Shown here piece by piece: positions 33,677-40,886 of a DNA stretch of 43,795 nucleotides. Below the pieces are notes generated by a model that had not been told where the DNA came from, searched no databases, and saw only the letters and a program-made list of their open reading frames with translations. Source of the stretch: Minisyncoccota bacterium (lineage in GTDB: Bacteria; Patescibacteriota; Minisyncoccia; Phycocordibacterales; UBA918); the NCBI GenBank assembly GCA_035760625.1, contig DASTSP010000042.1, positions 1 through 43,795 of the forward strand. The letters are read 5' to 3'. A program made the position numbers and the translations under genes. Numbering within the stretch: the first letter of the stretch is position 1; each line of letters starts with the position of its first letter.

Positions 33677-33866
33677 ACCGCGCGCGTCCACGACGCGCGC
33701 GGTAGGACTGGAACGATTATGGGAGTGTAAAACAGATACGCATAAAGCTACCTTTGCGCGCAGCGATGCACGCATTGTCCAAATGTGACCATCAAGAGAC
33801 CAAATGTCACACACCTCTCTGAGGTGAAGATAGAGTCCTTCTTGCAAAAGAAAAAAGGAACAGAAG
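33677..33866 (+). other. 190-nt insertion in 23S at E. coli position U1931 (candidate intron / intervening sequence)
   Basis: The conserved CTAAGGT|AGCG.AGTTCCTTGTCGGG is interrupted. The flanks read ...CTAAGGT | ACCGCG...CAGAAG | AGCGCAGTTCC. Internal hairpins include a 9-bp CCGCGCGCG stem and a TTCTT-GCAA-AAGAA tetraloop. Confidence 0.75.
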
Positions 33867-34505
33867 AGCGCAGTTCCTTGTCGGGTAAGTTCCGACGTGC
33901 ACGAAAGGCGTAACGACTGGGAAACTGTCTCAAGGACCTGCTCGGTGAAAATACAATGGGGGTGAAGATGCCCCCTACCTGCAATTAGACGAAAAGACCC
34001 CAGGAGCTTTACTGTAGCTTCGTATTGAGGCTGTTTGATTGATGCGTAGCATAGATGGGAGAGGTTGAAGCGTTCCTTTCGGGGGACGTGGACTCGTCAG
34101 TGAAATACCATTCTTCAATTGGGCAGTTTCTAACCTCGTTGGCAAAACCTTCGAGAGACAGTGCGTGGCAGGCAGTTTTAGTGGGGCGCTACCCTCCTAA
34201 AGAGTAACGGAGGGGTCTCAAGGTTGGCTAGGTGCGAATGGAAACCGTACCGATAGTGTAATGGCATAAGCCAGCTTGACTGTAAGGTGTCAGTACCGAA
34301 CAGATGCGAAAGCAGAGCATAGTGAACCGATGGTCCGCGTTAGATGCGGCCAGAGATTATCTGACAAAAGTTACCCTGGGGATAACAGGCTAGTCGTGCC
34401 CAAGCGTCCATAGCGACGGCACGGTTCGGCACCTCGATGTCGGCTCAACTTATCCTGGGGCTGGAGCAGGTCCCAAGGGTTTGGCTGTTCGCCAATTAAA
34501 AAGTT

Positions 34506-34543
<38 letters not shown>

Positions 34544-34815
34544 CTCTATCTATTGCAGGCGTCGATTCTTGAAGAGATTTGTCCCTAGTACGAGAGGACC
34601 GGGATGAACTGACCTCTGGTCTATCTGCTGTCACGCCAGTGGCACCGCAGAGTAGCTATGTCGGGAACGGATAACTGCTGAAAGCATCTAAGCAGGAAGC
34701 CGACTCTAAGATGAGGAATCATTAAGTCCCCTGAGAGATGATCAGGTTGATAGGCATCAGATGGAAGCACAGTAATGTGTTGAGTCGAGATGTACTAATA
34801 GGACGTAGTTCCTGT

Positions 34816-34834
34816 AGGGAATGCTGCACATGGC
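34816..34834 (+). repeat. 19-bp direct repeat copy 1 (overlaps the 23S 3' end)
   Basis: AGGGAATGCTGCACATGGC is identical to 34913-34931. Confidence 0.9.
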
Positions 34835-34912
34835 ACACGCGCCGTGTACGCAAGAACTCCGATTCGGACATACGTTCGAATTCGAAAGCAACCGTCGCAC
34901 GCGCTCGGTTGG

Positions 34913-34931
34913 AGGGAATGCTGCACATGGC
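34913..34931 (+). repeat. 19-bp direct repeat copy 2 (in 23S-5S spacer)
   Basis: Identical 19-mer 97 nt downstream of copy 1. The intervening 78 nt contains the palindrome TTCGAATTCGAA. Confidence 0.9.
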
Positions 34932-35008
34932 GATACGCGATGGAGGCATGAACGCTGGACTGCTGACAATTTTTGAAGTGTTTGTACCTGATACGGAATA
35001 TGCGATGT

Positions 35009-35081
35009 CGAGGGTGTGGCGCAGCTGGTAGCGCGTCGGCCGTGAGGCCGAAGGTCGTTGGTTCGAATCCAACCACCCCGA
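35009..35081 (+). tRNA. tRNA-like element, probable pseudo-tRNA or processing signal, with a non-canonical anticodon loop
   Basis: It has a canonical D-arm (GCGC AGCTGGTA GCGC), an AGGTC variable loop and a perfect T-arm (GTTGG TTCGAAT CCAAC). The anticodon arm is TCGGC-CGTGAG-GCCGA with only a 6-nt loop and no U33. The top of the acceptor stem has G/G and A/C mismatches, or a bulged A. No CCA is encoded. Confidence 0.55.
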
Positions 35082-35088
35082 CCCGACC

Positions 35089-35120
35089 CCGCGGACGGAC
35101 GAAATTCGGTCCGTCCGCGG
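35089..35120 (+). other. 12-bp perfect hairpin in the spacer (candidate processing stem)
   Basis: CCGCGGACGGAC GAAATTCG GTCCGTCCGCGG with no T-run. Confidence 0.6.
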
Positions 35121-35154
35121 AGGCACGTGTTCATTCGAGAATTGAATATTTAAA

Positions 35155-35254
35155 GTTGGTGCTATAGCGAGAAGGGTGAGACAGTCCGGGGGACTGTCGC
35201 AAGACCTTGAGCAGTTGCTGCGAAAGGTGTACAGCTCCTGTAAGGAGCACCGAC
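35155..35254 (+). ncRNA. 5S-like structured RNA candidate (shares 5S leader and helix I, unrelated interior)
   Basis: The closing helix GTTGGTGCT / AGCACCGAC has 9 bp with one G-U. The first 23 nt are near-identical to the true 5S 5' end. The interior has an 8-bp GACAGTCC/GGACTGTC hairpin but lacks 5S loop C and loop E motifs. Confidence 0.45.
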
Positions 35255-35283
35255 GAACGTAGATTGAAAATTGAATATTTAAA

Positions 35284-35391
<108 letters not shown>

Positions 35392-35401
35392 TTTAAGTAT
35401 T

Positions 35402-35441
35402 CAAAAGAAAAAACTACCCGTTTGGGTAGTTTTTTCTTTTG
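35402..35441 (+). terminator. rRNA operon terminator
   Basis: CAAAAGAAAAAACTACCC GTTT GGGTAGTTTTTTCTTTTG. Confidence 0.9.
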
Positions 35442-35551
35442 ATGTCCCTAAAGTGACGAATTAGTTTTGTCGACTTCGTCCAGCGGTTTCCTCTGGTAGA
35501 GGAAACTGAGACAGAAATTCAGCATAGTCGCTTCGCTCGTTGCTTCATTTC

Positions 35552-35608
35552 ACTTTAAGTATTCTGTGGCTTTCATCCCCGTGCTCGCTCGTCTCAGTAG
35601 GTCGGCGC
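35552..35608 (+). repeat. 5S-derived fragments (trailer 13-mer plus 5S 3'-end 13-mer around a truncated 5S-like core)
   Basis: ACTTTAAGTATTC (35552-64) equals 35390-35402, and AGTAGGTCGGCGC (35596-608) equals 35375-35387. GTGGCTTTC lies between them and resembles the 5S 5' end. Confidence 0.5.
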
Positions 35609-35650
35609 GCGCATATTTTGTATTTCATGCAAATACGATATAGTGGCGAA

Positions 35651-36949
35651 ATGCGACAGACCATAACCGACCCGGGGGCGTCAGAGCTCGTCTACGAGAT
35701 ACGCGAGATCGTCGAAGTGGCGAAGAAGTTCGAGGCCTTGGGTCAGCCGATCACCTGGGAGAACATCGGCGACCCGGTCGCGAAAGGGGAGGAGGTCGCC
35801 CCGTGGATGAAGGAGTACGTCGTCGAGGCGGTCAAGGAGAATGCCGTCTACGCGTACTCGCCGACGAAGGGGCTTCAGGCGACTCGTGAGTACATCGCGA
35901 ACGAGCGGAACCTCGAGGGCGGCATCGAGATAACCCCCGACGACATCCTCTTCGTGAACGGTCTCGGTGACGCGATCTCCAAGGTGTATCGGAGCCTCAA
36001 TCCGAAGGTGCGCGTCATCGGGCCGAATCCCGCGTATCCGACGCATTCCTCGGCCGAAGCGGCGCACGCCGACGGCCCTCACCTCACGTACCCCTTGGAC
36101 CCTAAAAACGGTTGGAAGCCCGACCTCGATGCGATGGAGCGGACCATCGTCGAACACCCGGAGATCGGCGGCATTCTCATCGTGAACCCGGACAATCCGA
36201 CCGGCTACGTCTACCCGCAAGACGTCGTCCGCGATATCGTGGCGATCGCGAAGAAGCATGACCTCTTCATCATCTCCGATGAGATATACTCGAACCTCGC
36301 GTACGGCATAGAGCACAAGAAGCTCGCATCGGTCATCGACGACGTCCCCGGTATCGCGATGCGTGGCGTCTCGAAGGAGTTCCCCTGGCCGGGCGGACGC
36401 TGTGGCTGGATGGAGTTCTACAACCGCGACAAGGACGAGGACTTCGACCGTTTTTGTAAGTCCCTGATCGACGCGAAGATGCTCGAGGTCTGCTCGACGA
36501 CCCTCCCGCAGTACGTGCTCCCGCGCATCATGAAGGACGAGCGCTACTACCCGATGCTCAAAGAGCGCACGGCGCGGTACGCGAAGCGAGCGAAGCTCGC
36601 GAAGGACGTACTCTCGGAGATCCCCGGCGTCATCATCCATGAGCCCAACGGCGCGTTCTATATGTCCCTTGTCTTCGAGGCGGGCGTCCTCACTGACCGA
36701 CAGACCCTTCCGGTAGAGAACGAGGCCATTGCCACCGAGCTCGGAAAGCTCCTCACCGGCGTCACGAACGACAAGCGCCTCGTGTACTACCTTCTCGCGG
36801 CGACCGGTATCTGCGTCGTTCCTCTCACGTCCGGATTCAACTCGACGTACGATGGTTTCCGCTTCACGCTCCTCGAGCGAGACGACGCGAAGTTTCGAGA
36901 GATCATCGAGACCCTCCGCGATGCGATACGCGCGTACATCGGCTCTTGA
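35651..36949 (+). CDS. PLP-dependent class I/II aminotransferase (AlaA-like)
   Basis: ORF track 35540..36949 trimmed to ATG 35651 (MRQTITDPGASEL...), which lies 7 nt after a TATAGT hexamer. SDEIYSNLAY and SKEFPWPGGRCGW (PLP-Lys block) motifs are present. Confidence 0.88.
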   Translation: MRQTITDPGASELVYEIREIVEVAKKFEALGQPITWENIGDPVAKGEEVAPWMKEYVVEAVKENAVYAYSPTKGLQATREYIANERNLEGGIEITPDDILFVNGLGDAISKVYRSLNPKVRVIGPNPAYPTHSSAEAAHADGPHLTYPLDPKNGWKPDLDAMERTIVEHPEIGGILIVNPDNPTGYVYPQDVVRDIVAIAKKHDLFIISDEIYSNLAYGIEHKKLASVIDDVPGIAMRGVSKEFPWPGGRCGWMEFYNRDKDEDFDRFCKSLIDAKMLEVCSTTLPQYVLPRIMKDERYYPMLKERTARYAKRAKLAKDVLSEIPGVIIHEPNGAFYMSLVFEAGVLTDRQTLPVENEAIATELGKLLTGVTNDKRLVYYLLAATGICVVPLTSGFNSTYDGFRFTLLERDDAKFREIIETLRDAIRAYIGS

Positions 36950-36976
36950 TATCGAAAGAGCCGGCCTAACCGCATC

Positions 36977-36985
36977 TGTTACAAT
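36977..36985 (+). promoter_or_regulatory. extended -10 promoter TGtTACAAT
   Basis: The hexamer ends 6 nt before ATG 36992, which predicts a leaderless transcript. Confidence 0.45.
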
Positions 36986-36991
36986 ACCTCC

Positions 36992-38350
36992 ATGAGATGG
37001 TGGGCCTTTTGGCGTCGAGTCGAGTACGGGGCCGCGTTCCTCGTCCTCTGTGCCGGTATCGGTACGGGCCTCTATTATATGTACGGGTATGAGGCGCCGA
37101 CGTGCTTCGACGGCCTCCAAAACGGCGACGAACGGAACGTCGACTGCGGCGGCGTCTGCCAGCGTATTTGTCCCATGGATATCACGATGCCGACCGCGCT
37201 CTGGGCGGAATCGTTCAAAGTCGTCAATGGACAGTACAACGCTGTCGCATACGTCGAGAATCGAAACAAAGATATCGGGTCTCCGGAGCTTTCGTACACG
37301 TTCAAGCTCTTCGACGCGCAAGGAGCGCTCATCACCGAGCGCTCGGGGACGACGGTCCTTCCGCCCGATGGCGTCTATCCTATCTTTGAGGGCCGCATCA
37401 TGACGGGCGACCGCGTGCCCGCGTACACGTCGATCGAGTTCGGCGAGGACATACTCTGGCGAAAGGGGAGCGTCGGGCGCGACCAGTTTACGCTCGAGAA
37501 GCGCGAGCTCGTAAACGCCGATAGCCTTCCCAAGCTCACGGCGAACCTACGGAACTCGTCGCTCGACGAAGCAGAGGACGTCGAGATCGTCGCGACAATA
37601 TTCGATTCACAGAAGCACCCCCTCACCGCCGCGCGGACCGTCCTCAAGTATTTCCCAGGGCGGACGAGCGAAGACGTCGTCTTCACGTGGCCGGAACCCA
37701 TCGCGAAGACCGTGAAGAGTTGTGAGATACCGACCGACGTCGCGCTCGCCATCGACCTCTCGGGAAGCATGGACAACGATGGGGGTACGCCGCCCGAACC
37801 GATAAGCTCCGTCCTCGCCGCGGCGACCGATTTCGCGAAGCAGTTGAAAGAGGACGACCAGGTGACCCTCGTCACGTACGCGACGAAGGCCGAGGTCGTC
37901 GAACCCCTCACGCACGAGTCGTCGCGGGTCGCGAACGATATTTCGAAACTCGCCATCGACCCGAAGGAGCAGACCGGGTCGACGAACACGGGCGATGCGC
38001 TCCTTAAGATAGCGAGCGAGCTCGGTTCGACCCGGCACAGCGCCGACGCGCGGAAGGTCGCGATCCTCCTCACCGACGGGCTCGCGACGGCGCCCGACGA
38101 TCCCGAGGTCTACGCGATACGGGAAGCCGAGGACTTGAAGCAGATGGACGTTCTTCTCTTCACCATCGGGCTCGGCGCCGACGTGAACGAGGACTTCCTC
38201 CGCGCCATCGCTTCGAATCCATCGATGTATCACAAGGCGCCATCGGCGAAGGACCTTTCGTCGATATACGCCGGCATCAAGAAGGACATCTGCGAGGACG
38301 GCCCGGCCGTCATCGAGATAATCGCGAAGCCGAAGACCTCGTTCCAGTAG
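36992..38350 (+). CDS. membrane-anchored von Willebrand factor A (VWA) domain protein
   Basis: N-terminal TM helix, a Cys-rich segment, then VWA with MIDAS DLSGSM...GSTNTG...LTDG. Confidence 0.85.
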   Translation: MRWWAFWRRVEYGAAFLVLCAGIGTGLYYMYGYEAPTCFDGLQNGDERNVDCGGVCQRICPMDITMPTALWAESFKVVNGQYNAVAYVENRNKDIGSPELSYTFKLFDAQGALITERSGTTVLPPDGVYPIFEGRIMTGDRVPAYTSIEFGEDILWRKGSVGRDQFTLEKRELVNADSLPKLTANLRNSSLDEAEDVEIVATIFDSQKHPLTAARTVLKYFPGRTSEDVVFTWPEPIAKTVKSCEIPTDVALAIDLSGSMDNDGGTPPEPISSVLAAATDFAKQLKEDDQVTLVTYATKAEVVEPLTHESSRVANDISKLAIDPKEQTGSTNTGDALLKIASELGSTRHSADARKVAILLTDGLATAPDDPEVYAIREAEDLKQMDVLLFTIGLGADVNEDFLRAIASNPSMYHKAPSAKDLSSIYAGIKKDICEDGPAVIEIIAKPKTSFQ

Positions 38351-38387
38351 TTTTGACCGGCATACGCTTCTCGCGCATAATGGACTC

Positions 38388-39506
38388 GTGACGCTCGTCC
38401 GAACACTCTTCAAAAGCATCGATTGGTGGCTTATTTCAGCCGTACTTTTCCTTACCTTTCTCGGGCTCGTCACGATGTACACGTTCGACGGCGATAACTC
38501 GTACTTCACGAAGCAGATCGCCTGGATAGTCATCGCGACCGCGGGGCTCGCCATCGCGATCGTTCCGGACTACCGGTTCCTCCGCACGGGGAACACGACC
38601 TTCTTCATCTACCTCGGCGTCCTCGTCCTCCTCGTCCTCGTCCTCTTCGTCGGTTCGACGGTGAAGGGAGCGGAGAGCCGCTTCGACCTCGGCGTGTTCT
38701 CGCTCCAGCCGTCGGACCCCGCGAAGCTCGCGCTCATCGCCGTCCTCGCGAAGTACTTCAGTAAGCGGCATGAGCTCATCGGCGACTTTCGGCATATCCT
38801 CGTCTCCGGAACGTACGCGCTCCTCATCTTCGGACTCGTCTTCATCCAGCCGGACTTCGGGTCGGCGATCATCCTCTTCTCCATTTGGTTCGGCATGGTC
38901 CTCGTCGCGGGCATCAAGTTTCGTCACCTCCTCATCGTCTTTTTGATAGGCGTCCTCTCGTTCGGCGTCATGTGGCAGTTCATTTTCCTCGACTATCAGA
39001 AACAGCGCATCCTCACGTTCCTCCATCCCTTGGCGGACATACAGGGGACGGGGTACAACGCGTACCAGTCGACCATCGCGGTCGGCTCGGGTCAACTTCT
39101 TGGGAAGGGAGTCGGCTACGGAACGCAGTCGAAGCTCCAGTTTCTTCCGGAGTACGAGACGGACTTCATCTTCGCGGCGTTCGCGGAGGAGTGGGGGCTC
39201 CTCGGCGTCCTCCTCCTTTTCTTCCTCTTCGGCGTCGTCATCTGGCGTCTTCTCACGCACGCGGTCCATGGCGCGACGAACTTCGAGCGCCTCTTCGCCG
39301 TGGGCGTCGCCATTCTCATCATCAGCCACTTCTTCGTCCACATCGGCATGAACATCGGTCTCCTCCCGGTCACGGGGACGACCGTCCCGTTCCTCTCCTA
39401 CGGCGGGTCGCACCTCCTCACCGAGTTCCTCGGCGTCGGCATGGTCATCGCGATGGGCCGCTATACGAAACGTCACTATGTCGGCGAGGACCTCCTCGCG
39501 AGCTAA
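38388..39506 (+). CDS. SEDS-family peptidoglycan polymerase (FtsW/RodA/SpoVE)
   Basis: 372 aa with ~10 TM helices and QPSDPAKLALI, GTGYNAYQS, ETDFIFAAFAEEWG, PFLSYGGS motifs. GTG start at 38388. Confidence 0.9.
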   Translation: MTLVRTLFKSIDWWLISAVLFLTFLGLVTMYTFDGDNSYFTKQIAWIVIATAGLAIAIVPDYRFLRTGNTTFFIYLGVLVLLVLVLFVGSTVKGAESRFDLGVFSLQPSDPAKLALIAVLAKYFSKRHELIGDFRHILVSGTYALLIFGLVFIQPDFGSAIILFSIWFGMVLVAGIKFRHLLIVFLIGVLSFGVMWQFIFLDYQKQRILTFLHPLADIQGTGYNAYQSTIAVGSGQLLGKGVGYGTQSKLQFLPEYETDFIFAAFAEEWGLLGVLLLFFLFGVVIWRLLTHAVHGATNFERLFAVGVAILIISHFFVHIGMNIGLLPVTGTTVPFLSYGGSHLLTEFLGVGMVIAMGRYTKRHYVGEDLLAS

Positions 39507-40648
39507 TCTCCGTAGAGCGCGAACGTCCGCTCGAGCATTCGTGCGATATCGAATTCACGCGCGACCTTCTCTTTAAGCGCGTTGCCGCAAGCGTCGCGCT
39601 TTTCCATCGAGCGCGCGTACGTCTCGAGGGCGGTGACGATGGTGTCGGTATTCCGAGGGTCGATGAGGAGGCCGGTCGCGCCGTTCTCGATGACCTCCGG
39701 TATGCCTCCCACGTCGCTCGCGATCGAGGGAAGGCCGGCGGCACCCGCTTCGAGGAGCGCGTACGGCATACCCTCCTTAAGGGAGGGGAGGAGGAAGACG
39801 TCGAAGGCCCGGAGGTAGGTTCGCGCATCGTCGAGATATCCCGTGAACCGGACCGCATGCGAGAGGCCGCGGTCGCGTACGTACATCTCGAGCTCGTGAC
39901 GCAGTTCGCCGTCGCTTATGAGCGTGTAGAAGATCTTCGTGTCGCGCACCTCGTTATAGCGCGAGACGGCGTCGAGCGCGGTGAAGAGGTTCTTGTTCTT
40001 CGTCAGTTCCGCGTTCGTGACGAGCCAGAGGTCGTGCTCGTGCTCGGATACGACGCCCGCCGAGAAGAGGCGGCCGCGCGCGTCCGCGCGGTCGAGAAAA
40101 TCGATGTGCGGCACCGCGGTATGTATGAGGGTGAGCTTCTCGCGTGAGAAGGGGAGTACGACCGCGCGATCGCGCGCGGAGACGACGATGACGCGATGGG
40201 AGAGGAGCGCGGTGAGCCATGAGAAGAACCACACGACCGCTCTCCAGAGAGCTCCCCGATCCTCGTAGAACGGCCAGCCGTGCGCGGTGAAGATGATCTG
40301 ACGGACGCCAAGGAGTCGGGCGACGAAGGCGCCCGAACCGCCCGCCTTCGAACTGTTGAGATGGACGACGTCCGGTCGCTCGCGTCGAATGATTCGAGCG
40401 AGCTCGAACATCGATCGGAGTTCCTTCGTGATGCTGATGTCCCGTTCGAAACTCGCTATCGTGACCGTGCGAACGCCCGCGGCGCGCAACTTCTCGAAGA
40501 GGATGCCGTCGCCGCCCGCCGCGACGACGGGCTCGAAGCGGTCCCTGGGAAGCCCGGTCGCGAGTTCGTAGACGTACCGCTGAGCGCCACCGAAATTCGA
40601 CTTCGTTATGATGTACAGTGTTTTTTGTTTTTTTGCGTTCGTCGTCAT
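39503..40648 (-). CDS. glycosyltransferase family 4 (GT-B fold)
   Basis: 381 aa with N-terminal FGGAQRY and C-terminal LPSLKEGMPYALLEAGAAGLPSIASDVGGIPEVI (EX7E-type). Confidence 0.9.
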   Translation of the reverse strand: MTTNAKKQKTLYIITKSNFGGAQRYVYELATGLPRDRFEPVVAAGGDGILFEKLRAAGVRTVTIASFERDISITKELRSMFELARIIRRERPDVVHLNSSKAGGSGAFVARLLGVRQIIFTAHGWPFYEDRGALWRAVVWFFSWLTALLSHRVIVVSARDRAVVLPFSREKLTLIHTAVPHIDFLDRADARGRLFSAGVVSEHEHDLWLVTNAELTKNKNLFTALDAVSRYNEVRDTKIFYTLISDGELRHELEMYVRDRGLSHAVRFTGYLDDARTYLRAFDVFLLPSLKEGMPYALLEAGAAGLPSIASDVGGIPEVIENGATGLLIDPRNTDTIVTALETYARSMEKRDACGNALKEKVAREFDIARMLERTFALYGD

Positions 40649-40658
40649 AGTGTTCCTT
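40594..40658. repeat. 65-bp perfect direct repeat, copy 1 (functional 5' end of the GT4 gene plus its AAGGA ribosome-binding site)
   Basis: AATTCGACTTCGTTATGATGTACAGTGTTTTTTGTTTTTTTGCGTTCGTCGTCATAGTGTTCCTT is identical to 40705-40769. Confidence 0.95.
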
Positions 40659-40673
40659 GAGGGTGGCGCACAA

Positions 40674-40698
40674 CTGGGGAGTGCCCCGCACTCCCCAG
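40674..40698. other. 11-bp perfect hairpin between the two repeat copies
   Basis: CTGGGGAGTGC CCC GCACTCCCCAG. The outer GAGGGTG / CACCTC flanks can extend the stem. Confidence 0.85.
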
Positions 40699-40702
40699 CA
40701 CC

Positions 40703-40759
40703 TCAATTCGACTTCGTTATGATGTACAGTGTTTTTTGTTTTTTTGCGTTCGTCGTCAT
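40703..40759 (-). CDS. possible 18-codon upstream ORF created by the duplication (MTTNAKKQKTLYIITKSN)
   Basis: It has the same ribosome-binding site and first 18 codons as the GT4 gene and runs into TGA at the repeat boundary. Translation is unproven. Confidence 0.25.
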   Translation of the reverse strand: MTTNAKKQKTLYIITKSN

Positions 40760-40769
40760 AGTGTTCCTT
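40705..40769. repeat. 65-bp perfect direct repeat, copy 2
   Basis: The identical 65-mer lies 111 nt from copy 1. Confidence 0.95.
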
Positions 40770-40886
40770 TTCGAGCTCGTCGTCATGGCGTCTTCCGTAC
40801 TCGTCGTTTCTATAACTTAAGAACCCACCTCCCTGGTACGACGGCGACCGCTTGCGTAAACGCGCCCTTCTCGTATTATACCTTCC

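Noticed and set aside
33677-33866. Classifying the 23S insertion as a canonical group I intron
   Set aside because: The U/G borders and the L1931 site fit. However, I could not identify a P1 pairing with a U-G wobble at the splice site or a P7 G-binding helix. At 190 nt it is shorter than the smallest group I introns I know of. I kept it as an unresolved insertion in the findings.
35009-35081. Calling the spacer element tRNA-His because GUG lies in the anticodon loop
   Set aside because: The loop has 6 nt with no U33, there is no G-1:C73 pair, and the acceptor top is mismatched. I reported it only as tRNA-like.
35681-37321. 546-aa ORF on the minus strand
   Set aside because: It is antisense to the aminotransferase and runs across the intergenic promoter into the VWA gene. 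The Arg/Asp/Val-rich shadow translation has no motifs.
38885-40147. 420-aa plus-strand ORF, and the 312-aa minus-strand ORF at 39954..40892
   Set aside because: They are out of frame with or antisense to the SEDS and GT4 genes. The translations are Arg/Pro/His-rich. The 312-aa ORF is only kept open by the duplicated 65-bp segment.
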